64,000 nt of DNA, taken from contig CM059433.1 in assembly GCA_030390025.1 (NCBI GenBank), forward strand, positions 22,322,001-22,386,000, read 5' to 3'. The DNA comes from Squalus acanthias. Lineage: Eukaryota. This document shows, in pieces, positions 1 to 10,901 of this stretch (position 1 is the first letter of the stretch; every line of letters begins with the position of its first letter). The notes beneath the pieces were generated by a model, which had not been told where the DNA came from, did no database searches, and worked only from the letters and a program-made list of their open reading frames with translations. Position numbers and translations under genes: made by a program.

Positions 1-650
1 CCCATACTGCACACAGTACTCTAACTGAGGTCTTATTAAAGTTTTATATTGATTCATCATTACTTCTTGGCTTTTACATGCTATACCTCTTGTGATAAAA
101 CCTAGAATCCCATTTGCTCTTTTTACAGCCTTATCAATCTGAGATGCTGCCTTTAATGGTCTGTGAGCTTGTACTCCAAATCTCTCTCCTCTTCCACAGG
201 ACTGAGCCACTTCTATTCTGAATATAATTACTGCTGTTCATTTTTTTACCAAAATATATCGCCTCACACTTTCATTGAATTCCATCTGTTACCTTTTAGC
301 CTATTCCTCCATCTTATCAATATCCCTTTGCAGCTTCCTGTAGTCTTCGAAAGAATGAACTATACCTGCTATTTTAGTATCATCTATGAATTTTGACACT
401 GTTCCCTCTAGGCCTATAACCAAATCATTGATATGCAAAGTGAACAGAAGTGGCCCAGAACTGGACCCTGAGGGATATCGCGACCTACTTCCAACCACTC
501 TGCAAAATTGCCCTTAACTCCAACTCTCTGATTTCTCCCTTCTAACCAATTTTTAATCCAGTTTGCTATCATCACCCTCATTTCGTACCCCTTAATCCTC
601 TCTAGTGGTCTCCCATGCGATACTTTGTCAAAGGCTTTTCGAAAGACAAT
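1..650 (-). mobile_element. CR1-type LINE ORF2 (RT) fragment; host of the Harbinger cluster, continuing at 1545-1716, 2610-2708 and 11414-11467
   Basis: Minus-strand translations give FRKAFDKVSH, IPQGPVLG and SKFIDDTK. The downstream pieces give NAVDAVY, ANPGNYRP-SLTSVV and PRLLKEIREEIA, and join collinearly once the insertions are removed. Confidence 0.88.
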
Positions 651-1544
651 GGGGGGAAAATTCAGTATCGCCCTGTTTGGGGCGCAATTATCGGGTGGGT
701 GCAAAGATTAGCGCCTGGCTCTAATTATCGCCTCCGACTGCAAACTTGACTTTTATCGCCCCAGGAGGTGATTGGAGCACTAAATCAGTCTCTACACATC
801 TGTCTTAAGGCGCAAAGGCCGAGGAGCAAGGCGCTAACTCAGAGCGCTGGCGAAGCTCATGTGATGTCAGTCAGCAATGGAACACAGACACAATGGCCCC
901 GGACAGTTCTTAAAGGGGAGGATTGATCTTGCTCTCCATCCACATCCTGGTCATTGCAGCCTTCAATCTCGGCCTGGAGAGACCTGTACATCAAATCTGC
1001 TGGAAAGAACAATGGAGAGTCCCAGGGAAGGATGCTCAGAGTGCAGCCCCCACAGTCTCTTCTAAATCGATACAAGGAAGGGCAAATCAAAACGAACCTG
1101 CAAAGTGCTGCTCAGTACCCAAAACTCCTTCACACAGCGTTGAATCTCTCCAGAAGTCTCTCTCTCTCTCTCTCAGAATGCGTGGTTCAAAAATGTCGCC
1201 AACAAAAAAAGGCAGGAAGCGGTCGCCTTTAAATAGCGCTCCCCCAGTCCCTTCCTGACTGCAAAACGCTCCCCTCAACCTGTCGTTGCTAACGGCAGGC
1301 GGTAAGGCAGGGGGCGCCACTCAATATCTGCTCCGGGGCGCTACCGGGGCGTTGCACACTCGACTGACATCACGATCTGCCAGCGCAGGAGATCGTGGTG
1401 GTACTGTTTAGCGCTGCCGCAAAATGTCTAGTCAATTTCACGAGCGGTGCAAACATCGCCGTGCCCGGGTGCTAGTTGCTTTGCGCCCCATTAGCACCCT
1501 CTTAAGGCGCTAACGGGAGGCGCAACCAACTGAATTTTTCCCCC
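651..1544. mobile_element. Non-autonomous PIF/Harbinger element (894 bp)
   Basis: 16-bp TIRs GGGGGGAAAATTCAGT / ACTGAATTTTTCCCCC; flanks AAT/TAT; ends homologous to the element at 2812-7014; no transposase coding. Confidence 0.9.
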
Positions 1545-1716
1545 TATGTATACTGCATCCACTGCATTTCCCCCATCTGCCATATCCATTACCTTCTCAA
1601 AGAATTCTATGAGGTTTGTCAAGCACAATCGTTCCTTCTGAAGTCCGCGCTGGCTACTTCTAACTATTTTCTCTTTATCTAGATATGTGGTAATTTCATC
1701 CTTAATTAGACACTTT

Positions 1717-2609
1717 GGGGGAAAAATTCAGTTGGTTGCGCCTCCCGTTAGCGCCTTAAGAGGGAGCTAATGGGGCGCAAAGCATCTAGCGCCCAGGCGT
1801 GGAGAAGTTTGCGCTGCTCGTGAAATTAACTAGACATTTTGCGGCGGCGCTAAACACTACCGCCACGATCTCCTGCGCCGGCAGATCATGACGTCACTCG
1901 AGTGCGCAACGCCCCGGTATCGCCCCAGAGCGGATATTGAGTGGCACCCCCTGCCTTACCACCTGACGCTAGCAACGACAGGTTGAGGGAAGCGTTCTGC
2001 AGTCATGAAAGGAAAGTGGGAGCGCTATTTAAAGGTGACCGCTTCCTGCCTTTTATTGTTGGTGCCATTTTTGAACTACGCATTCTGAGAGAGAGAGGGC
2101 GAGACTTCTGGAGAGATTCTACGTTGTGTGAAGGAGTTTTGGGTACTGAGCAGCACTTTGCAGGTTCATTTTGATTTGCCATTCCTTGTATCGATTTAGC
2201 AGAGACTTTGGATGCTGCACTCTGAGCTCTTTGCCTGGTATTCTCCATTGTTCTTTCCAGCACATTTGATGTGCAGGTCTCTCCAGGCCGAGATTCAAGG
2301 CTGCAATGAGCAGGATGTGGATGGAAAGCAAGATTAACCATCCCCTTTAAGAACTGGCCAGTGCCATTGTGTGCGTGTTCCATTGCTGACTGACATTACA
2401 TGAGCTTCGCCAGCGCTCTGAGGTAGCGCCTCGCTCCTCGGCCTTTGCGCCTTAAGTCAGGTGTGAAGCGCCTGATTTAGCACTCCAATCACCTCCAGGG
2501 GCGATAAAAGTCAAGTTTGCAGTCGGTGTCGATAATTAGCGCCAGGCGCTAATCTTTGCGCCCGGCCGATAATTGCGCCCCAAATGGGGCGATACTGAAT
2601 TTCTCCCCC
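1717..2609. mobile_element. Non-autonomous PIF/Harbinger element (893 bp), inverted relative to 651-1544
   Basis: TIRs GGGGGAAAAATTCAGT / ACTGAATTTCTCCCCC; reverse-complement homologue of 651-1544 along its length; flanks TTT/TAA (imperfect). Confidence 0.9.
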
Positions 2610-3324
2610 TAAATCTGTGTCTACTACAGATGTTAAACTATCCGGTCTGTAATTTCCTGGATTAGCTCTGTCTCCCTTTCTCACATTCAATAGAGTCCTG
2701 ATGTATAAGGGTTGATTTTAACTTGGGACGAGAATCACAGTGGGGGATGTGTGGGACCAAAGCAGGCAGCGAAATGTCCAACTCCCTGAAGCGTGAGGCC
2801 CAGGAAATTTGGGGGGGGGGGAATTCAGTTGGTTTGCGCCTCCCGTTAGCGCCTTAAGAGGGTGCTAATGGGGTGCAAAGCAACTAGCGCCCGGGCACGG
2901 CGATATCTGCACCGCTCGCGAAATTGACCAGACATTTTGCGGCGGCGCTAAACAAGACCGCCCCGATCTCCTGCGCACGCAGACCTTGACGTCATTCGAG
3001 CGTGCAATGCCCTTGTGGCGCCCCGGAGTGGATATTGAAAGGCGACCCCCTTCCTTTCCACCTGGCGCAAGCAACGACAGGTAGACTGGAACGTTTCCCA
3101 GTTGCTGTGGGGCTGGGGGGGCACTCTTTAAACGCGGCCTCTTCCTGGCTTTTTCTGTGGTAGACATTTTTGCACCACTCGTTCTGACAGAGAGAGAGAT
3201 TCTGAGAGAGAGAAGGAGAGACTTCTGCATAGAGTCAACGCTGTGTGAAGTAGTTTTGGCTACTGAGCATCACTTTGCAGGTACTTTTGTTTTTGACCTT
3301 CATTACTTTGATTGCCAAGAGACT

Positions 3325-4464
3325 GTGGGGGCTACACTGATTGGGGGCGTCGTCCTGCGCTGGCAGATTCGGAGGCCACAGAGACACAGAGAGAGAGTGG
3401 CAATCATGGCCAGAAGGAGGAGGGCCAACAGGCCTCTGTACAGGAGACATTACCCTCCCAGGGTATTTCGCCAACAATTCTCCTACATTAATATGTCTGA
3501 GGAGCAGTGTTTGCGAAGGCTACGGTTCAGCAAGGAGGTGGTCACTGAGCTCTGCCACCTGCTGCAGCCAGATCTGCAGCCTCTACTGAGGACCAGGACG
3601 TCTCTGTCGGTGGCAGTGAAGATCACAGTGGCTCTGAACTTTTATGCCACCGGCTCCTTTTAAGCAGCTACTGGGGACATAGCCAATATCTCCCAGGTTG
3701 CTGTCCATTGCTGCATCCGTCAGGTCACAAATGCCCTCTATAAAAGGAGACGACAGTACATCTCTTTCCCGATGACCCGGGCCAAACAGCATGAACACGC
3801 ATTGGGCTTTGCGAGGATAGCGGGCTTCCCCATGGTGCAGGGCACCATTGACTGCACGCATGTGGCATTGCATGCACTGCATGAGCATGCAGAGGATTTC
3901 CGCAACCAAAAGGGATTCCACTCCCTAAACGTCCAGTTGGTCTGTGACCACAGACAGCTGATACTCGCTATCAATGCCCGCTATCCTGGCAGCAGCCACG
4001 ATGCATTCATCCTATGCCAGACTACTGTGGCAGAACTTTTTCAGGCACCGCATCACCCAAGTGGACAAGGGTTATCCACTGTGCACCTGGCTGATGACAC
4101 CGCTCCGTTCCCCCAACACCCCTGTTGAGCTGCGGTACAACGAGAGCCATCTCGCCACCAGGAACATCGTTGAGCACACAATCGGCGTGCTCAAGCAACG
4201 GTTTCGCTGTCTGGACCACTCAGGAGGAGCCCTGCAGTACCCGCCTGAGTGAGTCACCCTCTTCATAGTTGTGTGCTGCATAACCTGGCAATCTTCAGGA
4301 CCCAGCCAATGCCACCAGGCCTTGGAGCACCACCGGAGGAGGAGGAGGAAGTGGAGGAGGAAGAGGAGGAGGATGATCAGCAGCAGCACCAAGGCGGGAG
4401 GGAGGCCCACAATCTTGAAACTGGAAGGGCCGTCCGTTAGCGGCTAATAGCAAGCCTCTTCTAG
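3325..4464 (+). pseudogene. HARBI1-like Harbinger DDE transposase pseudogene
   Basis: Motifs [53 protein letters not shown]. Lesions: start codon is GTG, TAA at 3661, deletion/frameshift near 4062, further stops near 4248 and 4438. Confidence 0.92.
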
Positions 4465-4778
4465 GCCCCTGCTGAGGAAATGGCTTCTGCCATTGAGGAC
4501 AACGTGAATGATACCAACCCGCAACCCCTAAGCCGGCCAAGGCAACAATGATTCCAAAGACCAAACATGTACATTTTGAATACAAAAGATTATTTATTTT
4601 ACAAATTCTGTGTGTGTCATTTCTTCATGACAAACTAATAGAAAGAAACACAAAAAAAAACAGTCATTCACATAACTGGTTCTCACAACCTGGAGATAAT
4701 GTCCAAAACACTAAACAAAAGTTTGAACACAAACCTCGGCCTTTAATAAAAAAATTGACAAACATTTTGTCACACCTC

Positions 4779-6653
4779 CTACTTTTTGCCCTTCGAGGGT
4801 GATCTCCTTCCCTTGCGCACTTCCCCCCTTCCCACCCTACTGCTCCTCCGTAATGGGGCCCCAGTGGCTGCAGCAAGGCTGGTGGAAGGCTGCTGATTGT
4901 CAGAACCTGAGACTGCAGATGCCCTTGAAGGACGGCCTCGACCAGCTCTGGGCCTGGAGGGCCCGGCTGCAGACTGCACCAACTCTGCATGGGTGGCAGC
5001 AGTCTGTCCTACAGGCGGTGGCAAGTGCAATGGAGAAGTGACAGTGGTAGCAGCAGGAATGCTGTCATCTTGAGAAAGGACAGCAACTCCCTGCTCGACC
5101 GACACACTGGCACTCCCACGGGGCAGCACTTCAGCATCCGGAGCAATCTGCTGGAGCACAGATTGCTGGCCTGCTGCAGCACGGTGAGAGCCCCGGGGAA
5201 ATGTGTCTGAACCAGCGAGAATGGCAGCAGTCAGTGCTTGCGTGACCTCAATCTGAGTCTGCATGAGAGCAGTCTGAGATGGGGTCATGGCAGCCAGTGA
5301 CTGAATTGCAGCACTAAGCTTTAGTGTGGCATCCGCCTGTGCTACAGCGAAGTGATCCACACTCCTTGCCAGTGATTCAATGCATTCGGGCACCCTTCCC
5401 ACTGCACTCATGAGCTCAGTGTGCATGTCCACCGCCTGGGTGTTCATTTCAGCGATGAGCCGCTCCTCCTCTGCGTCCAGTGCAGCAGGACTCGCTGGCC
5501 TACTCTCCCTCCGGGGAGAAGGCCCCCGAGCTTCCCTACCCCCATCGCGTTGCTGCAGCCCGCTGGGTCCTGGAGCTTCACCCTCATCAGACCCTTCCCC
5601 CCTGCTCCCCTCCAGGGAAGGCGTGTTCCCAGTGGGGGCATGGGCTTCCTCGGCAGAGGGTGGCGCTGATGCTCCGGCTTCATCTTCCTTCTCGCCTGCA
5701 GCTTCACTCCCACTGGCATCTTGAGGGCCCGTCTCCTCAGCCTGTGAATCACCATCTGAAAGCAGGGAGGTACAAGAGTGGCTTTAGCGTGAGGACAGGG
5801 TGGCAGTAAGGGAGGAATGAGTGCAGCGATTTAGTAAGTTGGATTGAAAGTGTCAAAGGCTGGTGTTGTGAGGGACAAGTGGAAGGGAGAGAGGAGAAAA
5901 AGGTGATGACCTTAGCATTGCTGTCCAGAACAGATTCGGCCTCTCCAGGGGCGACGGGACTGATCACCTGGCTTGCCACAATCCTTTGGACGCGCGCCTC
6001 AAGTTCGCTGAGGGGTTGGAGCTGAGGCCGCCCTCCACCCATCCGTTGCTGCTGTCTCCTATTATGAGATAGCTTGGCCTGCAAGAAAAAGGACGGCGTC
6101 TGAGTAAATATACAGCCATGGTCTTGTCTGATGTGCCTCCCATAATTGAATAGCCCTTACTGTATGCAGCCATGGTCTTGCCTGATGTGCCTCCCATAGG
6201 TGAATAGCCCTTACTGTATGCAGCCATGGTCTTGCCTGATGTGCCTCCAATAGGTGAATAGCCCTTACTGTATGCATAGTGTGGAATGTGCATGCGTGTT
6301 TCATGAGAGGGCCATAGGTGTTGGATGAGTGTTGGGCATTGGGGTTTTAAGACCCTCTGGCCATAGAGTGAGGTTGAGATGGAGGGATGGAGAGGTATTG
6401 AAAAAAAGCCACTCACCCTGACGACCCGAGTGAGGTCGTTGAACTTTTTTCGACATTGAGTATGGGTCCTGGGCACCATGCTCCTGGAGGAGACGCTCTG
6501 AGCCACCTCCCTCCACACTCTTCTGTACTCGCGCGGCAAAGGCCTCCTGCCACTCTCAGGGAAGAGTATAGATCTTCTACGCTCCACCGCGCCAACCAGA
6601 GCATCCAAGGCCTGCTCGCTGAAGCGCTGAGCTCGTTCCCTGGCTCTCTCCAT
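4779..6653 (-). pseudogene. Harbinger Myb/SANT-like (MSANTD-type) DNA-binding protein gene, 3 exons (6653-6417, 6078-5916, 5755-4779; ~458 aa if spliced); intron-2 donor mutated GT>CT
   Basis: Exon 1 encodes RFSEQAL..WREVA..RTHTQCRKKFNDL; donor GTGAGT and acceptors TTGCAG/TTTCAG. The spliced frame is open by my reading, but the exon-2 donor reads CTAAGG versus GTAAGG in the sister copy. Confidence 0.85.
6112..6275 (-). repeat. 54-bp tandem repeat x3 in Myb gene intron 1
   Basis: Unit GTAAGGGCTATTCACCTATGGGAGGCACATCAGGCAAGACCATGGCTGCATACA (minus strand). Confidence 0.9.
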
Positions 6654-7461
6654 TGTCCTTGGCTGGAAGATTTAGGCACAGGTCTCTCCAGGCTGAGATT
6701 CAAGGCTCCAATGTGCAGGGTGTGGCTGGAGAGCAAGATCGACCCTCCCCTTTAAGAACTGTCCGGCGCCAGTGTGTCTGTGTTCCATCGCTAACTGACA
6801 GCACCTGCGCTGCGCCCGCGCTCTGAGTTAGCGCCTCGCTCCTCGGCCTTTGCGCCTTAAGACAGGTGTGTAGCGCCTGATTTCGTGCTCCAATCACCTC
6901 CAGGGGCGATAAAAGTCAAGTTTGCAGTCGGAGGTGATAATTAGCGCCAGGCGCTAAACTTTGCGCACGGCCGATAATGGCGCCCCAAATGGGGCAATAC
7001 TGAATTTTTCCCCCTTGAACTCTGACTCTTGCCCAAAGCCGGCAGGAACGACGTCACTGCTGGTGGGTGGGAGTCAAAAAAGGAGGGGTTAAATGGACCC
7101 TATGGGGTAGAAATTAGGTCGCGCCCCATTTGGGGCGCAAATATCGTCCGAGCGCAAATATTAGCGCCTGGCGCTAATTATCGGCACTGACAGGAAACTT
7201 CACTTTTACCGCCCCGGGAGGTGAGTGGAGCGCTAAATTAGGCGCTGCACACCTCTCTTAAGGCGCAAAGGCCTAGGAGTGAGGCGCTACCTCAGCGCAC
7301 GAGCGCAGCGCAGCTGCTGCCAGTTAGCGAGGGAACACAGACACACTGGCGCCGGACACTTCTTAAAGCGGGGGGGGGCCACTTGCTCCCCAGCCACACC
7401 CTGCTCATTGCAGCCTTGAATCTCAGCCTGGAGAGACCTGTAATCCATTTTGCTGCCAAGC

Positions 7462-9446
7462 ATGGAGAGGGTGAGAGAACGCGCTCATCGCTTCACCGAG
7501 CGGGCCTTGGATGCTCTGGTTGACGCAGTGGAGCGCAGACGATGCATGCTGTTCCCGGAGAGTGGCAGGAGGCCTTTGCCACGCGAGTTCAGAAGAGTGT
7601 GGAGGGAGGTGGCTCAGAGCGTCTCCTCCAGGAGCATGGTGCCCAGGACCAATGTTCAGTGCCGCAAAAAGTTCAACGACCTCACTCGGGTCGTCAGGGT
7701 GAGTGGCTTTTTCTCAATACCTCTCCATCCCTCCATCTCAACCTCACTCTATGGCCAGAGGGTCTTAAAACCCCAATGCACAACACTCATGCAACACCTA
7801 TGGCCCTTTCATCAAACACACACACACATTCCACACTTTGCATACAGTAAGGGCTATTCACCTATGGGAGGCACATCAGGCAAGACCATGGCTGCATATT
7901 GTAAGGGCTATTCACCTATGGGAGGCACATCAGGCAAGACCATGGCTGCATATTGTAAGGGCTATTCACCTATGGGAGGCACATCAGGCAAGACCATGGC
8001 TGCATATTGTAAGGGCTATTCACCTATGGGAGGCACATCAGGCAAGACCATGGCTGCATATTGTAAGGGCTATTCACCTATGGGAGGCACATCAGGCAAG
8101 ACCATGGCTGTATATTTACTCAGATGCTGTCCTTTTTCTTGCAGGCCTAAGCTGGCTCATAATCGGAGACAGCAGCAACGGACAGGTGGAGGGCGGCTCA
8201 GCTGCAACCCCTCAGCGATCTTGAGGAGCGCGTCCACAGGATTGTGGCAAGCCGGGTGATCGGTCCCGTCGCCACTGGAGACGCCGACCCCGTTGTGGAC
8301 AGCAATGGTAAGGTCATCACCTTTTTGTCCTCTGTCCTTCCACTTGTCCCTCACAACACCAGCCTTTGACACTTTCAATCCAACTTGCTAACTCGCTGCA
8401 CTTATTCCTCCCTTACTGCCACCCTGTCCTCACGCTAAAGCCACTCTTGTACCTCCCTGCTTTCAGATGGTGATTCACCAGCTGAGGAGACGGGCCCTGA
8501 AGCTGCCACTGGGAGTGATGCTGCAGCTGAGGAGGAAGAGGAAGCCAGAGCATCAGTGCCACCCTCTCCCGAGGAAGCCCATGCCCACACTGGGAACACG
8601 CCTTCCCCGGAGGGGAGCAGGGGGGAAGGGGCTGATGATGGTGATGCTCCAGGACCCAGCGGGCTGCAGCAACGCCATGGGGGGGGGAGGGAAGAACGGG
8701 AGCCTTCTCCCCAGAGGGAGAGTATGCCAGACACTCCTACTGCAATGGACGCAGAGGAGGAGCGGCTGATTGCAGAAATGAACAGCCAGGCGGTGGGCAT
8801 GCACACTGAGCTCATGGGTGCAGTGGGAAGGGTGCCCGAATGCATTGAGGCACTGGCAAGGAGTGTGGAGCACTTCGCTGTCGCACAGGCGGATGCCACA
8901 CTAAAGCTTAGTACTGCAATTCAGTCACTGGCTGCCAGGAACCCATCTGAGACTGCTCTCATGCAGACTCAGATTGAGGCCACGCGAGCACTGACTGCTG
9001 CCATCCTCGATGGTTCGTGCACATGTCCCCGGGGCTGTCACCGCGCCGCAGCAGGCCAGCAATCTGTTCTCCGGCAAATTGCTCCGGATGCTGAAGTGCT
9101 GCCCCGTGGGAGTGCCAGTGTGTCGGGCGAGCAGGGAGTTGCTGTCCTCTCTCACGATGACAGCATTCCTGCTGCCAACACTGTCACTTCTCCACTGCAC
9201 TTGCCACCGCCTGTAGGACAGACTGCTGCCGCCCATGCAGAGTTGGTGCAGTCTGCAGCCGGGCCCTCCAGGCCCAGAAGTGGTCGAGGCCGTCCTTCAG
9301 GGGCATCTGCAGTGTCAGGGTATGACGAGCAGCAGCCTTCCACCAGCCTTGCTGCAGCCACTGAGGTCCCATTACGGAGGAGCAGTAGGGTTAGAAGGGG
9401 GGAAGTGCGCAAGGGAAGGAGATCACCCTCGAAGGGCAAAAAGTAG
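7462..9446 (+). pseudogene. Harbinger Myb/SANT-like gene, 3 exons (7462-7698, 8145-8307, 8467-9446); a +1/-1 indel pair in exon 2 puts TAA in frame at 8148
   Basis: SANT motif RFTERALDAL..WREVA..RTNVQCRKKFNDL; canonical GT-AG at all four sites; exon 3 open to SPSKGKK*. Exon 2 begins GCC TAA versus GCC AAG in the sister copy. Confidence 0.82.
7840..8113 (+). repeat. 54-bp tandem repeat x5 in Myb gene intron 1
   Basis: GTAAGGGC recurs at 7847, 7901, 7955, 8009 and 8063. Confidence 0.93.
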
Positions 9447-9740
9447 TAGGTGTGCCAAAATGCTGGTCATTTTTTTATTAAAGGCCGAGGTTCATGGTCC
9501 AACTTTTGTTTAGTGTTTTGGACATTATCTCCAGGTTGTGAGAACCAGTTATGTTATTGACTGTTTTTTTGTGTTTATTTCTATGAGTTTGTCATGAGGA
9601 ATTGACACACACAGAGTTTGTAAAATAAATAAGTTTCTGTATTCAAAATATACATGGCTGGTGGTTGGAATTATTGGTGCCTTGGCCGGCTTAGGGGTTG
9701 CGTGCTGGGTTGATTAGTGTTTGTAGCAATGGCAGGGGCC

Positions 9741-10901
9741 CTAGAAGCGGCTTGCTATTAGTCGTTGACGGACGGCCCTTGCAGTTTGACCATTGTGGGC
9801 CGCCCTCCTGCCTTGGTGCTGCTGATGATCATCGTCCTCGTCCTGTTCCTCCTCTTCCTCCTCCTCCTCTGGTGGTGCTACAAGGCCTGGTGGCATTGGC
9901 TGGGTCCTGAGGATTGCCATGTTGTGCAACATGCAGCACACGACTACGAAGTTCGAAACTTGCTCAGGCGAGTACTGCAGGGCTCCTCCGGAATGGTCCA
10001 GACAGCGGAACCGTTGTTTCAGCACGCCGATTGTGCGCTCAATAATGTTCCTGGTTGCTTGATGGCTTTCCTGGTACCGCAGCTCAGCAGGGGTGTTTGG
10101 CGTACGGAGCGGTGTCATCAGCCAGGTGCTCAATGCGTACCCCTTGTCCCCCAGAAGCCAACCAACTGGCTGATGCGGTGCCTCGAAAAGTTCTGCCACA
10201 GTAGTCTGGCGCAGGATGAAAGCATCGTGGCAGCTGCCCGGATAGTGGGCATTGACAGCGAGAATCACCTGTCTGTGGTCACAGACCAACTGCACATTCA
10301 AGGAATGGAACCCCTTTCTGTTCCTGAATTCCTCTGCATTCTCTCGCGGAGCACGCAAAGCCACATGCGTGCAGTCAATGGCGCCCTGCACCATGGGGAA
10401 GCCCGCTACCCTCGCAAAGCCCATAGCACGGTCATGCTGCTTGTCTGGGGTCATAGGGAAAGAGATGAAGTCTCGTCTCCTTCTGAAGAGGGCATTGGTG
10501 ACCTGCCGGATGCAGCGATGCACCGCAAACTGGGAGATATTGGCGAGGTCCCCAACAGCAGCTTGGAATGAGCCAGTGGCGTAGAAGTTCAAAGCCACTG
10601 TGACCTTCACTGCCACCGACAGAGACGTCCTGGACCTCAGCTGAGGCTGCAGATCTGGCTGCAGCAGGTGGCAGAGCTCAGTGACCACCTCCTTGCTGAA
10701 TCGCAGCCTTCGCAAACACAGCTCCTCGGACATATGGATGTAGGAGAGCTGTTCACGATATACCCTGGGAGGGTAAGCTCTCCTGTACATGCGCCTGATG
10801 GCCCTCCTCCGTCTGGCCATCATTGCCACTCTCTGTCTGCGTCTCACTATCCTCCGATTCAGCTGGAGCAGGACGACGCCCCCAATCATTGCAGCCCCCA
10901 T
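9741..10901 (-). CDS. PIF/Harbinger (HARBI1-like) DDE transposase, intact 386-aa ORF
   Basis: ATG-to-stop open frame with GAIDCTHV (D), CHDAFIL, GDKGY (D), [15 protein letters not shown] (E), CCMLHN and an acidic tail. Confidence 0.93.
   Translation of the reverse strand: MGAAMIGGVVLLQLNRRIVRRRQRVAMMARRRRAIRRMYRRAYPPRVYREQLSYIHMSEELCLRRLRFSKEVVTELCHLLQPDLQPQLRSRTSLSVAVKVTVALNFYATGSFQAAVGDLANISQFAVHRCIRQVTNALFRRRRDFISFPMTPDKQHDRAMGFARVAGFPMVQGAIDCTHVALRAPRENAEEFRNRKGFHSLNVQLVCDHRQVILAVNAHYPGSCHDAFILRQTTVAELFEAPHQPVGWLLGDKGYALSTWLMTPLRTPNTPAELRYQESHQATRNIIERTIGVLKQRFRCLDHSGGALQYSPEQVSNFVVVCCMLHNMAILRTQPMPPGLVAPPEEEEEEEEQDEDDDHQQHQGRRAAHNGQTARAVRQRLIASRF

Larger units (their letters stand above)
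2812..7014. mobile_element. Full-length PIF/Harbinger transposon (two convergent genes), defective
   Basis: TIRs G(n)AATTCAGT / ACTGAATTTTTCCCCC; TTG target duplication (2809-2811, 7015-7017); carries transposase and Myb/SANT genes. Confidence 0.93.
2709..7100. mobile_element. Small (~190 bp) Harbinger-like MITE (2709-2811 + 7015-7100), split by the element at 2812-7014
   Basis: Ends GGGTTGATTTTAAC ... GTTAAATGGACCC form an imperfect inverted repeat; non-CR1 sequence sitting between collinear CR1 pieces. Confidence 0.55.

Noticed and set aside
877..2383. Recurrent short ORFs in the non-autonomous elements (MAPPALPP.., MEH.HNG..)
   Set aside because: Recurrence reflects repeat copy identity; frames and lengths differ between copies, and there is no domain similarity.
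9741..10901. Domesticated host gene HARBI1
   Set aside because: It lies within TIRs and a TSD, next to a Myb partner, with several related copies nearby, so it is a transposon gene.
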